Assembly (NCBI GenBank): GCA_964389655.1
Contig: CAYMED010000016.1
Coordinates: 1 to 62,640, forward strand
From: an uncultured Candidatus Poseidoniales archaeon
Lineage (GTDB): Archaea; Thermoplasmatota; Poseidoniia; Poseidoniales; CAYMED01
DNA length: 62,640 nucleotides
Reading direction: 5' to 3'
The notes under the pieces are model-generated. The model did no database searches and had not been told where the DNA came from. It saw only the letters and a list, made by a program, of their open reading frames with translations. The position numbers were made by a program, and so were the translations under genes. Numbering within the stretch: the first letter of the stretch is position 1; every line of letters begins with the position of its first letter. Positions 39,001 to 47,991 of the stretch are shown one piece after another.

Positions 39001-39443
39001 TTGCTTCAATGGCCATGAATGTCTTTTTGATCATTCTTGCTTTGATGGTGATATTATCTGCCACGAGCGATCCTCGGAAGAAGAAACGTAGGAGGGGGGA
39101 TGATGATGATGATGAGATGGATGATTGGATGTCCAATTTCATGGGCGTATCTGCCACCTCTGAAGATGACCTCCGATCAAATATTGACAGCAATGTGGAT
39201 ACCTCGGGTGATTCAAAACCTCAACAGAAATCTCTTGATTCTTCGGATGAAGAGGATGATGAACTCACTCCTGATCGACCCACCCGCAAACGTCGTCGAA
39301 AGAAAGTAGTCCTCGATGAAGACGACGACGATGATGACGATGAACCCGTAATCCGCCGTAGAGGGGCTCGTCGAAAGTCCGTGAACCTTGATGAGGATGA
39401 TGATGATGACCAGCCACGCCGCAAGCCGGCAAAGCGCCGTTGA
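36099..39443 (+). CDS. Large membrane-anchored surface protein: five FN3-like repeats, Ig-like domains, C-terminal TM, charged tail
   Basis: Signal peptide RRRTLCAGLLFLSVIAWFPSAHA; repeated W...Y.I.R...YY..T...EDT.AP units; TM then D/R/K blocks. The true start is probably near 36171. Confidence 0.8.
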   Translation: MLEFSIFCIYFPVSLLLIGDLNLFVLNGRRRTLCAGLLFLSVIAWFPSAHAAPEHELEAQDVTASTDSVNEVSYIEWKNIQTSDFNVLTAMIDSHYQIWRADRPFESNFTEYATLIGNEDVCDSHIPTIDCSGERAKGSHNFSFGLPVDVSGTFYYMVSTVLNGSTPIFHLTETTKSQGINETSQPIKTPYLLTASFNGFTSSTTLQWVNANDIEPRFNETGNESYNIIIYEHTWRATAAKWADLGNVRTEIANLSAIDENGSRINSYVVSIPPNSNREMYYTVTYRFPGYEDTRFKSSNTLVDPLLEDNAPPGEVQLGDVRYFSFGNATGGYTHIPWACPLEGGMKVPYTYHIWRSSQEFTRTDEFGVELVTTVESSCDTDSIQAIIPIGVMRDAYYAITAQDSAGNERLVVTNGVSRKAVSEDTISDYKAFPTDISASFNGPTGQTTITWNDAKHVSGESYTIWRSRPVKVDDLSYNPDIGVHLPITGSSIPCDLGQIDFCTVERIATNVSEGSGTYTIQVEDDVSQTVYYAVTTEYKQWLNQSEPKEDLEYIAGTNALLVGVAEDTLAPYPVKYNPDNTVVDGVQAKATIVWDDDTSNGMNNKYLIYRWTGPNDPFFDTQTNVSVSNTTLDAQPGWTLVYGPFGRSTAGVGTVRQQIEIEHGVERESYYAIIVQDEYGNIQLDLNLHGGAISCATLGCNAFEIREDTLAPLSTVVIRKDSSTPPTKYLKPGSPYEIVIEVSEELADRYEPLVNVSTTTGQYLLPEEKEYAKKKTEFVYTTTLVIPEGLSLADVNLTVELEDIAGNSVIHAFDGWSLDAVMPSVELYSPSEQTRYLWGEDLVALGAARDDNNVTRVEFNIDDLGFAQVTELTYRQAGVEKIPYVAFRIDIPASNFEPGQHTIKFRVTDAGGNQVITRSYSFLVDWCDRDELGLTRCQTEIDTGPPEPEAQLSYKPVLGDANYVVAFASMAMNVFLIILALMVILSATSDPRKKKRRRGDDDDDEMDDWMSNFMGVSATSEDDLRSNIDSNVDTSGDSKPQQKSLDSSDEEDDELTPDRPTRKRRRKKVVLDEDDDDDDDEPVIRRRGARRKSVNLDEDDDDDQPRRKPAKRR

Positions 39444-40748
39444 TTATTCGGGGCCAAGCCCATCATAATAGTCGTCTACTAATCGCTCCACTTCATCAGC
39501 TGCGTGTCCGTCATCAACCGTGAGTGTAACTCCATCTCGTCGTACTGCAAGCCCGTCCACCCACACATCCAGACATTCAGTATTGGAATAGACAAGATGG
39601 CCTAGAAGCCGCCTTCCGTTGCGCCCATAGGGCCGCATGCGTATGTCGTCAAGGTTCCAAGATACCCAATCTCGACTCCCCTTTGTCGCTAAAGCCCATG
39701 TGTCAGATGCGGGCATTAGTGTTGCATCCCAATGGTCATGGCGCTGGATGAGAGAAGCAAATCTCGCCTCTTGTCGAAGATCCAAACCCTGCCCAGATGA
39801 TGCAGAACCATCTGTTCCAAGTCGCACATCAGTACCGGCATCTAGGTGTGCTGGCATGGAAAGCGTTCCTCCGCAGGCAAGTTTTGCATTACTTGTTGGA
39901 CAATGTACTGCTTTTACATCCCTCTTGGCAAGGATTCCAATCTCATCTTTTCGCAACCAAGAGCTGTGTGCACAAATAGTGGGGTTGCGAAAGAATTCTC
40001 TTCCCTCAAGAATTGACACAGGGGGGCCCCCATGCTGCTCATGGCACGCTGCAACTTCACGCCTTGTTTCAGCCATGTGGATGTGAACCGCACTTCCAAC
40101 GTCTTCAGCAAGTCCAGCAACTTCGTCAAGAGTTTCCATTTCGCACAAGTAGATGGAATGTGGTCCAAGTGCAAATTCAGTTCTTTCAGGCGGATCATCA
40201 TCGAATAATCGCTTTCCCACTTCAAGCGCTTCAGATGATCCCCCAGGATATGATGGCACTGGCGGCTCTGATATTGGGCTTGCAACAAGTGCTCTAATTC
40301 CTGCCTGAGAGAGTGTTTCGGCAGATGCCTGTGGGTGGTAATACATGTCGGCACAAAACGTCGTACCCGTTTGAATCATTTCAGCAGCAGCTGCACGAGT
40401 TCCGACTCGGACGAGTTCTTCAGATAATCTCTGTTCAGTTGGAAAAACCACTTGGTTCAACCATTCATCAAGAGGTAACCCATCACTGAAATCTCTTGCA
40501 TTTAACAACATAGCAGCATGTGTATGCCAATTCTGAAGGCTTCGCGTGATTAGGCGTTCTTTCCCATCAACAACAGACCTTGCATCTTCATTTCCTAGTC
40601 CGGGAGTCCATGAACCATCATTGTGAAGTAGTACATCTCCATGGTACAAATCTCCATTTTCATCAATGAGCCGCGTTGACCGTACAAGGACCGCAGCCTC
40701 GTCAATTGGCTCATTCATCAACCATCGAACTTGTGACATCCTCATCAA
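39444..40748 (-). CDS. mtaD: Metal-dependent amidohydrolase, MTA/SAH deaminase-like
   Basis: NWHTH, EMI.TGTT..DMY, PHSIY, HIHMAET, HCP.SN.KLA.G, LGTDG. Confidence 0.75.
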   Translation of the reverse strand: MMRMSQVRWLMNEPIDEAAVLVRSTRLIDENGDLYHGDVLLHNDGSWTPGLGNEDARSVVDGKERLITRSLQNWHTHAAMLLNARDFSDGLPLDEWLNQVVFPTEQRLSEELVRVGTRAAAAEMIQTGTTFCADMYYHPQASAETLSQAGIRALVASPISEPPVPSYPGGSSEALEVGKRLFDDDPPERTEFALGPHSIYLCEMETLDEVAGLAEDVGSAVHIHMAETRREVAACHEQHGGPPVSILEGREFFRNPTICAHSSWLRKDEIGILAKRDVKAVHCPTSNAKLACGGTLSMPAHLDAGTDVRLGTDGSASSGQGLDLRQEARFASLIQRHDHWDATLMPASDTWALATKGSRDWVSWNLDDIRMRPYGRNGRRLLGHLVYSNTECLDVWVDGLAVRRDGVTLTVDDGHAADEVERLVDDYYDGLGPE

Positions 40749-40831
40749 TCCTTCAGCATATTATCCTAGAAAACAAGTGTCTGTATTCACGTATTCGGCT
40801 TGCGCCCTAAATTCAACATCGCTTAGGGGAT

Positions 40832-40853
40832 GGGCTTGATCGCAATCAAGCCC
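40832..40853 (-). terminator. Perfect 9-bp hairpin GGGCTTGAT-CGCA-ATCAAGCCC just after the putP stop
   Basis: The inverted repeat is directly visible 4 nt past the stop codon. There is no U-tract, so a terminator role is an inference. Confidence 0.4.
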
Positions 40854-40857
40854 CCGC

Positions 40858-42960
40858 TTAGGAGATCGGATGTAGTTCAATCTCATATGTCACTACGACC
40901 CACAAGATTTCGTACTCTTCGTCAGAATCTATGATTGAACCTAGAGGGGATGGAGGCGAATTGACATCTGCTGTAATCGTGGCAGACCAAGTCCCTCCAC
41001 CCATCCCTCCATCTGTCCAGGTTTCCCTTAACTCTGCCTCGCTCGTATTGTTAGCAACGTAACTATAATTGCCACCATCATGAACATCTTGTCCAATGTA
41101 CCTAGCAGTCACATCCCATCGGATCTCGATTCCCTCATCGCCTGGTGTTGCACACTCTCCAGATGCAGATTGATCCTCGAAATCTCCTTCGACTTCACTA
41201 ACATCACTACTGGCATCCACGCGATCTGTCCAATCACCGGGTTCCGGTGCAGTATCCTCACAATCAACATCAAATACAACATAACCGATATTCAGATCAG
41301 GATTGACTTCGAATAAAGTGTCGTGAGTCTCTCCATCTTCCAATATTTTTGTCTCATGCAGGATAGTCACAGTCTCGAAGACGCTGACATTCCAATTTCC
41401 TACTCTGTCCATTGCATCTGAATCTGCCGAGGAATCTGGCGCATAGATTGCATACGTTCCTTCAACAACCCCTACAATAAAAAGGAGAGAAATTCCATAA
41501 CCAACGAATTGTCTCTTCTGAATTTCTGGCAACTTGAAACGCCCAAGTGCATTGGAGTCCGACTCTTCTCTGAAAGCACACATAAGGAAGTGACTTGCAA
41601 ATGCTGCACCCATTCCTGGGACGGAAGGGAATACATCTTCGCCAAAACCAAGCCACACCCAAATAATTACACCCACAAACGCCGAAATCATCATTATAAT
41701 CGAGTGGGTTGAATCGGGTTTGTATCCACCCCATCTCAAAATTAAGAGAGGTACAAAAACACCGCCAAGCCCGTACACTGCAAGAACGACAAGTGTGAAG
41801 ACGGAATCACCCCCAGGGATATACAACCCTGCGATGGAAATGGAAGTGGCAATTGCGGCTACAACAAGTGTGACTTGCTTTGTTCTCTTATGATTCTGAT
41901 TCCATTCCGGTTTGATATCGTCAGTGATGGCGGCCGTACAAGCCAGCACCTGACTATCAGCAGTTGACATTGTCGCAGCGAAAATCGAAGCCAGAATCAT
42001 GCCAACACCGATGGGAGGCATGGTTTCCATGGCCATTTGCGGAAGGCTTAGTTCAGGATCATATTGTGAAGCTGTGAAAAGAACACGACTTACCATTCCA
42101 ATAATGAGCATGATGAGAATAAAAGGGGTTTGCCAAACGAAGAACCAAATCATTGCTTGCTTCCTATCTTTATCAGAATCCAGTGTCATCACACGAGAAA
42201 CAACTTGGGGTTGTCCAGCAACACCAAGTCCCCCAAGGAAGAAGGCAAGAATATAGAGAGCAATCCCAAAGGAAAGGTCCGGGGGCAACAAGTTGACCAG
42301 ATATGCACCTTCTGATGAAAGCCCGTCATTAAGTCCTGAGAACCCGCCAACTTTTCCAAGAGCAATCCAGCATAGGATGATTGAACCCACAATCATGACA
42401 CATGATTGGGCAGCATCAGTCCAAATGGATGCCCGAATACCGCCCGCATAGCAGTAGGCAACAACTAGAACAAAACCGATGAGAATTCCAACAATTTCGC
42501 TCCATCCCATCATGACAAGCAGAGCTTTTCCGCCAGCAGTAAGCTGAGCGGCCGCATAGATGCAGAGGAAGAACACGGAAAGAATTGCTGCTAATTTCGC
42601 CTCAGGGGCCCCTGCCTTTTCCGCAACAAGAGAAGAAAGGGAACGAACTCCCCGCTCACTTCCTTCCTGCTGAATGAATTTGTAAAGCCAAGCCCATGCG
42701 AGCAACTGGCCTATCGTTGAAAATAAACCGATCCAGATAACGGAATACCCCATCATGTAGGTAAATCCTATGAAACCGATGAACATGTATCCTGAATTCC
42801 ACGTACTCACTGCAGAAAGTGCTGCAAGAGCGGGGTGCATCCCTCTTCCTGCAACGAGATAATCATCGGTTGTGTCCTGTTTCACGCGCATGCTTGCTAA
42901 ACCGACGGCTGCGAAGAACCCAAGGAATGCTAGAAAAGAAAGAAGAATCCAAACATCCAT
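40858..42960 (-). CDS. putP: Sodium/proline symporter (SSS family) with extra C-terminal acidic domain
   Basis: DYLVAGR, ALSAV...SGYMFIG, Y.AAQL.AGG, GG.RAS.WTD..Q, GQP....R.M, AATMSTADSQ. Confidence 0.88.
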   Translation of the reverse strand: MDVWILLSFLAFLGFFAAVGLASMRVKQDTTDDYLVAGRGMHPALAALSAVSTWNSGYMFIGFIGFTYMMGYSVIWIGLFSTIGQLLAWAWLYKFIQQEGSERGVRSLSSLVAEKAGAPEAKLAAILSVFFLCIYAAAQLTAGGKALLVMMGWSEIVGILIGFVLVVAYCYAGGIRASIWTDAAQSCVMIVGSIILCWIALGKVGGFSGLNDGLSSEGAYLVNLLPPDLSFGIALYILAFFLGGLGVAGQPQVVSRVMTLDSDKDRKQAMIWFFVWQTPFILIMLIIGMVSRVLFTASQYDPELSLPQMAMETMPPIGVGMILASIFAATMSTADSQVLACTAAITDDIKPEWNQNHKRTKQVTLVVAAIATSISIAGLYIPGGDSVFTLVVLAVYGLGGVFVPLLILRWGGYKPDSTHSIIMMISAFVGVIIWVWLGFGEDVFPSVPGMGAAFASHFLMCAFREESDSNALGRFKLPEIQKRQFVGYGISLLFIVGVVEGTYAIYAPDSSADSDAMDRVGNWNVSVFETVTILHETKILEDGETHDTLFEVNPDLNIGYVVFDVDCEDTAPEPGDWTDRVDASSDVSEVEGDFEDQSASGECATPGDEGIEIRWDVTARYIGQDVHDGGNYSYVANNTSEAELRETWTDGGMGGGTWSATITADVNSPPSPLGSIIDSDEEYEILWVVVTYEIELHPIS

Positions 42961-43139
42961 GCAATCACATCCATCGGTTGACCGCTTCTTTGGCAATCTC
43001 TAGCAGATTGGCTAAGAGGGCCATGCAATTCAATCTCCCGCCGGTTTTTGCTCCTGACTCAATGGGTGTGGTTACTTGGGGAATTGAGCATTCTCTCCAA
43101 ATTGATTTGACACGCAAATGCGATGCGATTCAATATATT

Positions 43140-43215
43140 TGGAGCCACTGGGGGGATTCGAACTCCCGACCTCCTGATTACGAATCAGGTGCTCTACCAA
43201 CTAAGCTACAGTGGC
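43140..43215 (-). tRNA. tRNA-Thr(CGT), CCA encoded
   Basis: Reverse complement GCCACTG TA GCTTAGTTGGTAGAGC A CCTGA TTCGTAA TCAGG AGGTC GGGAG TTCGAAT CCCCC CAGTGGC T CCA gives a full cloverleaf with anticodon CGT and no intron. Confidence 0.97.
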
Positions 43216-43269
43216 GCCATCATGGCCACTTTAGATACCAGCATAAGAGAATCGGTATGCCAATGAATA

Positions 43270-44517
43270 TCAGTCAATTGTATCCATCCGCTCATAAGCA
43301 TCTTTCAATGCCCTGATTGCGGGCATGGGGCGCCCGGCAAGAAAATCTAGACATGCCCCTCCGCCAGTTGAAACATGCCCCATCATATCATTGAGCCCCA
43401 TCTGTGTACTCAAAGCAGATGTGTGCCCTCCTCCGAGAACAGTATATGCCTCAGTTTCAGCACAAGCATGGATAATCTCCAATGTTCCTAGCGAAAATGT
43501 GGAGTCTTCAAATACCCCCGCAGGTCCATTAAGAATAACAGTTTTTGCCTCTCGAATTGCCAATCCAACAGCCTGCGTTGAATTGAATCCTAGATCTAAA
43601 ATCGGCAAATGGTTTGGAAGTTCTTCAACGGCGATTTCAACTCGGTGCCCTTGGTCGGAAGTGGCTAGATCAGTGGGCAAACGGATTTTATCTCCATATT
43701 CACTGAGTAATTCTTTGGCCATATTGATGGTAAAGTCCCATGTTTCCCCTATTTCACGTTGCAAAAAAGAGCGGCTTGGTTCTCCAATATCCACATCGCC
43801 GACATGAAGCATGAAATTTGCCACCCCTCCTGTAAACCATATTTCATCTGTAATTTTTCTTTCAAATAGGTGCCGAGCAACGTCAACAGAATCATCAACC
43901 TTGATTCCTCCAAGGATTGCTCGACAAATCGACTTTGGCCTTTTCATCGCTTTTTCCAGTTTTTTGACTTCTTTCTCCATCAGCAACCCGGCTAAAGATG
44001 GCATTACAGCAGCCAACCCCGTCATTGAAGCGGTGTTTCGGTGAGCGCAAGCAAAGGCATCATTCACGAATAAGTCTGCAGCGCTAGATAAACTTCGAAC
44101 GAGATGGGTTCTTGCTAGACGCTCAGCATCGTGTTTTGTAAGCATGCTTTCTTCAGCTAGGAAACGGAGATTCTCAAGCATCAATATTTGTCCAGACTTT
44201 AATTTTTCAATACGCGCGATAGTTGAAGAAGAAGATGGCAAACCTTCTTCGAACAGAACCTCCCGATTTGTCAAACGAGACAGTGCACGTGCGTGGGGGG
44301 CAAGGCTCGTATGATCATCTCTACCGGGCCGGCTTTGGTGTGCTAAAACCACAACAGCGGAGCGGGCAAGTCGATTCAGCGTGGGGAGTACCTCCCGAAT
44401 TCTTGTATCATCCAAAAATGCCCCCGTTGCGGGGTCAAGTGGTGAATTGATGTCAACACGCAACAGAATTGTCTTGCCCGTAACCTCGACATCGTCAAGG
44501 GTGGCGAAGCCGCCCAT
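43270..44517 (-). CDS. pgk: Phosphoglycerate kinase (archaeal type)
   Basis: LRVDINSP, AHQSRPG, LENLRF..EE, NDAF..AHR, LGG.K..DS, NGPAGVFE, GGGH, HVSTGGGA. Confidence 0.97.
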   Translation of the reverse strand: MGGFATLDDVEVTGKTILLRVDINSPLDPATGAFLDDTRIREVLPTLNRLARSAVVVLAHQSRPGRDDHTSLAPHARALSRLTNREVLFEEGLPSSSSTIARIEKLKSGQILMLENLRFLAEESMLTKHDAERLARTHLVRSLSSAADLFVNDAFACAHRNTASMTGLAAVMPSLAGLLMEKEVKKLEKAMKRPKSICRAILGGIKVDDSVDVARHLFERKITDEIWFTGGVANFMLHVGDVDIGEPSRSFLQREIGETWDFTINMAKELLSEYGDKIRLPTDLATSDQGHRVEIAVEELPNHLPILDLGFNSTQAVGLAIREAKTVILNGPAGVFEDSTFSLGTLEIIHACAETEAYTVLGGGHTSALSTQMGLNDMMGHVSTGGGACLDFLAGRPMPAIRALKDAYERMDTID

Positions 44518-44664
44518 ATCTCGTCGCAACCGCATGGAGTTGATGTCTGCTCCGGTTGAATGAGCGCGCCGCGAAAAGAAAGATTGCTTCTAAAGCACGT
44601 TTTAACCCCTCTTTTACAGTGGTATTTACTAACCGGAGGACATGGCATCTTCTTTCCGTCGCGC

Positions 44665-45609
44665 ATGGCCACTTCTACGAATGACGAAAAGGGGAAAAAA
44701 TCCTCTACGAGAACATCTTCATTTGGTGTCTCAAGACGAGAAGGACATGATTCCTCATCTTATTATGGGAGTCGAATGTACGAAGGGCTCGCGAAACGAA
44801 GGGATGTTGGAACTGCCCAAAAATTCCCAACTCAACTTGAAAATTCAATTGTCTGTGGTGATTCAAGTTCCATGGACTCGCTCCCGAACAATTGCGTCCA
44901 TTTGATGGTTACTTCGCCACCATATAATGCGGGCAAGGTCTACGATGATGACCTATCTCTTTGTGAATATCTTGACCTCCTTCATCGCGTATTTGCTGAA
45001 GTTCACCGCGTTCTTGTTCCTGGAGGGCGAGCAGTCATCAATGTGGCAAACCTTGGTCGTAAACCGTATATTCCACTTTCCAGCCACATCAATCACCTCA
45101 TGACTGATATCGGATTTCTCATGAGGGGCGAGGTGATCTGGGATAAATCGGCTAGTGCTGGTGTTTCTTGCGCATGGGGGTCATTTTCTAGTGCCTCAAA
45201 CCCATGCTTGCGCGACGTCCACGAATATATATTGGTATTTTCAAAAGGCGATTATCGATTGCCAAGAACCCCCGCAGAACGAGATGATGGGCGCACGGAT
45301 ACCATTGAAAAAGGAAATTTTGTTGATTGGACAAAATCAATTTGGAAGATTCCAGCAGCCTCGGCAAAACGAATTGGGCATCCTGCGCCATTTCCAGAAG
45401 AACTTCCCCGTCGAGCGATTGAAATGTGGTCATTCAAAGAAGATATTGTTCTAGATCCATTTATGGGATCTGGCCAAACTGCGATTGCAGCTTTGCGAAC
45501 AGGCCGCCGTTTCATTGGCTGGGACTTTGACCCTGATTATTGCACTCTCGCAACATCTCGCATAGATGATGCAATGGCTGATGTAAGCAACCCCCCTCTT
45601 CCCCGCTAG
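44665..45609 (+). CDS. Orphan site-specific DNA methyltransferase, N4-C/N6-A beta class
   Basis: Catalytic TSPPY precedes HPAPFP and the SAM-binding VLDPFMGSG. No endonuclease is adjacent. Confidence 0.92.
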   Translation: MATSTNDEKGKKSSTRTSSFGVSRREGHDSSSYYGSRMYEGLAKRRDVGTAQKFPTQLENSIVCGDSSSMDSLPNNCVHLMVTSPPYNAGKVYDDDLSLCEYLDLLHRVFAEVHRVLVPGGRAVINVANLGRKPYIPLSSHINHLMTDIGFLMRGEVIWDKSASAGVSCAWGSFSSASNPCLRDVHEYILVFSKGDYRLPRTPAERDDGRTDTIEKGNFVDWTKSIWKIPAASAKRIGHPAPFPEELPRRAIEMWSFKEDIVLDPFMGSGQTAIAALRTGRRFIGWDFDPDYCTLATSRIDDAMADVSNPPLPR

Positions 45610-45883
45610 TTAATGTGGAATGTCTCATCAGTGTACCTGCACTCGGTGAGCCATGCCAATGGATACGACGTTGGTCCTGCTGATTATTGATGGATTTGTC
45701 TTAGCAGTTGGGATAGCATGGTTATGGCATCGCCTCCGCACAAAAATTTCAGAGGCTGAAATGCGTCAATCCAAACAACGAAGAAAAGAGTTTGAAAAGC
45801 GCATGAACTCATCCTCCGAAGAGTAAACTTTCTTGCAGCAAGAACCCTCATCATCAAATCATTGGTTCTCTTCGCACAACTCG

Positions 45884-47131
45884 ATGTTCGATATTTCCGA
45901 TCATATGGACCTTCGTGTCCCAGTTTCTGAACTTGAATCACGTCAATCCCGTTTAGCTGATGCTCTTGCGGAATCAGGGCACAAGGGCGCCCTTGTGATG
46001 CATCCGGTTGACCTGCATTATTTGTGTGGTGGAAGACAGAATAGCTCATTCTTTTTGCCCGCATCTGGCACAGGGGGGGATGGCCCCATCCAATGGGTCC
46101 GACGTTCTCTTCCTCGTGCTCAATTTGATGCAGGAGGTGATGATTCTCCTCATGAAATAGCCGTGCACCCAAATCCTCGTCGTCTAGATGAGATTCTTTC
46201 AGAACGTGGTGTCAAAGACGCGCCATCTTTCCAACTTCAGGATGTTCCACAAGGTCACATCTCACGATTTTGGAGTAGTCTAAGGCGGTTAGATGGTAAC
46301 TCTGAACCATCAGATGCATCTCCAATCACACGAAGCGTGCGTGAAATTAAATCTGATTGGGAAATTGAGCGCATGCGTGAATCAGCAGTTGTTCAAAGCA
46401 ACATGTTTGAGGCCATTATGGGCGCGGGTGGCGTGGGTAAAAGTGAATTGGAATTAGCAGCAGTAGCGGAAAAGGTGAGCCGGTCTTCGGGTTTTGGGGG
46501 GCATGTGAGATGTCGTCGCTATCCAATGTCCTGTGACCGCGCAGTCATTGTGGCGGGACGGTCGGGTGGGGTTCCTTCTTTTTTTGATGCAGCAGTTGGC
46601 GGATTGGGCCCTCATCCCGCCGAGGGTATGGGGTCTGGGATGAGAGTCATCAAACAAGATGAACCCGTTTTGATTGATTTAGTGCATGCACATCGTGGCT
46701 ACATTGTAGATATGACCCGAATGTTTGTTTCAGGACAATATGATCGTGTTTGGGACGAACGTCTTGAAGACACGCGTGAAATTGAGACGCGCGTTGTTCA
46801 GGCATTAAGTCGCGGTGAGACTTGCACAAATGCATGGCGAGAAGGTTCTAAACTTGCGGCAGAATTGGGACGGGCAGATAATTTGATGGGACAGACACCC
46901 GACCAAACACACTTCCTAGGCCATTCCATCGGGCTTGAACTTGATGAATCGCCAGTTGTTGCTGAAGGATTTGACTGCCCACTACCAATTGGGGGGGTCA
47001 TGGCCATAGAACCAAAACTTGTCTATGAAAATGGGGCAATTGGAGTTGAAGATTCGTGGCTTCGAACAGAAGAGGGACTTGAGCCAATTACGCACCGATC
47101 ACAATGGGATCCCCTTGTCAGGTGGGACTGA
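45884..47131 (+). CDS. Xaa-Pro aminopeptidase/dipeptidase, M24 family
   Basis: R.IKS..EI..MR and metal ligands in LIDL, VDMTR, GHSIG, IEPK, GVED. Confidence 0.9.
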   Translation: MFDISDHMDLRVPVSELESRQSRLADALAESGHKGALVMHPVDLHYLCGGRQNSSFFLPASGTGGDGPIQWVRRSLPRAQFDAGGDDSPHEIAVHPNPRRLDEILSERGVKDAPSFQLQDVPQGHISRFWSSLRRLDGNSEPSDASPITRSVREIKSDWEIERMRESAVVQSNMFEAIMGAGGVGKSELELAAVAEKVSRSSGFGGHVRCRRYPMSCDRAVIVAGRSGGVPSFFDAAVGGLGPHPAEGMGSGMRVIKQDEPVLIDLVHAHRGYIVDMTRMFVSGQYDRVWDERLEDTREIETRVVQALSRGETCTNAWREGSKLAAELGRADNLMGQTPDQTHFLGHSIGLELDESPVVAEGFDCPLPIGGVMAIEPKLVYENGAIGVEDSWLRTEEGLEPITHRSQWDPLVRWD

Positions 47132-47164
47132 GGTTTCAAGGTCTTGGTGCGCCCGCCTGCTTCC

Positions 47165-47971
47165 ATGCCGGCGAAACCATATGCCGCGTCGCACATCGGG
47201 GCCGTGGCAACAAACCATACCGATCTGCGAATTTCAGCGGATGTGAAATCACGTCTTGTTGAGCTTTCTTTAGAACGCCTAGACCATCTAGTTCCATCTA
47301 TTGAACAAGAAACTCTAGGCCAAGATCCCGAACGTAAAACCCTAGATGACCCGAGTCGTACTCGCTTAAATTACAACCGAACCCGAGAATTGATGATTGA
47401 TCGTATTTCAACATTAGATTCTGTTGGTTCAGCAGCAGTTCAGCGAGGAATCGAGGAAATCGAGGGTTTTCTCTCAAATATTATTCGTCACGCAGAACGG
47501 CACGCCTCAAATGAGCGTGTTGGGACAATAAAACCCCGCCATTTATCGAAAGCCCTTGAGACAATGGCGCCAACCTCACCTCAAGAGGGTAATGAGGAGC
47601 CTTCTCAAGCATCAGATGATGACCCATTGGATTCGGTTTTAGATGGTGCAACTGGAGCAGGCGTTCTAACGTCAGCAACATTGCGGCGTCTTGCGAAATC
47701 ATTTGCTCGCCTACCAGTTGATTCTGATGCTATCGAGGAAGTTCTATTGATGCACTATGATCAGGCCGAACGCATTGAACATCTTGTAACAGAAGGGCTG
47801 TTGCGGTCGAGTGGCGAGATGATTTTGAACAGTCTTCGAACAACTGGGCCTTTGTTGACACTAGGGTTTGCGAAACGTGCATTAGAAGCCGCAGGTGAAC
47901 GGGCTAGGAGTGAGGGCGCCAGTCGTGTTGAATTACACCATGTCGTCCAAATTGACCTTGATCGTCTATAA
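47165..47971 (+). CDS. Multi-histone-fold protein (two clear folds and a third with an insertion)
   Basis: RIS.D...RKTL; V...A...IIRHAERHA..RVGTIKPRHL; ATLRRLAK..VDSDA...AGERARSEG.SRVELHHV, all comparable to the archaeal HMf pattern. Confidence 0.7.
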   Translation: MPAKPYAASHIGAVATNHTDLRISADVKSRLVELSLERLDHLVPSIEQETLGQDPERKTLDDPSRTRLNYNRTRELMIDRISTLDSVGSAAVQRGIEEIEGFLSNIIRHAERHASNERVGTIKPRHLSKALETMAPTSPQEGNEEPSQASDDDPLDSVLDGATGAGVLTSATLRRLAKSFARLPVDSDAIEEVLLMHYDQAERIEHLVTEGLLRSSGEMILNSLRTTGPLLTLGFAKRALEAAGERARSEGASRVELHHVVQIDLDRL

Positions 47972-47991
47972 TTTGAGAAACAAAATGTGGG

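Noticed and set aside
42819-43316. 165-aa plus-strand ORF
   Set aside because: It spans the antisense of tRNA-Thr and the ends of putP and pgk and has no recognisable motif.
43140-45609. Integrated element at tRNA-Thr carrying the methyltransferase
   Set aside because: No integrase, no duplicate of the tRNA 3' end seen, and pgk lies between the tRNA and the methyltransferase.
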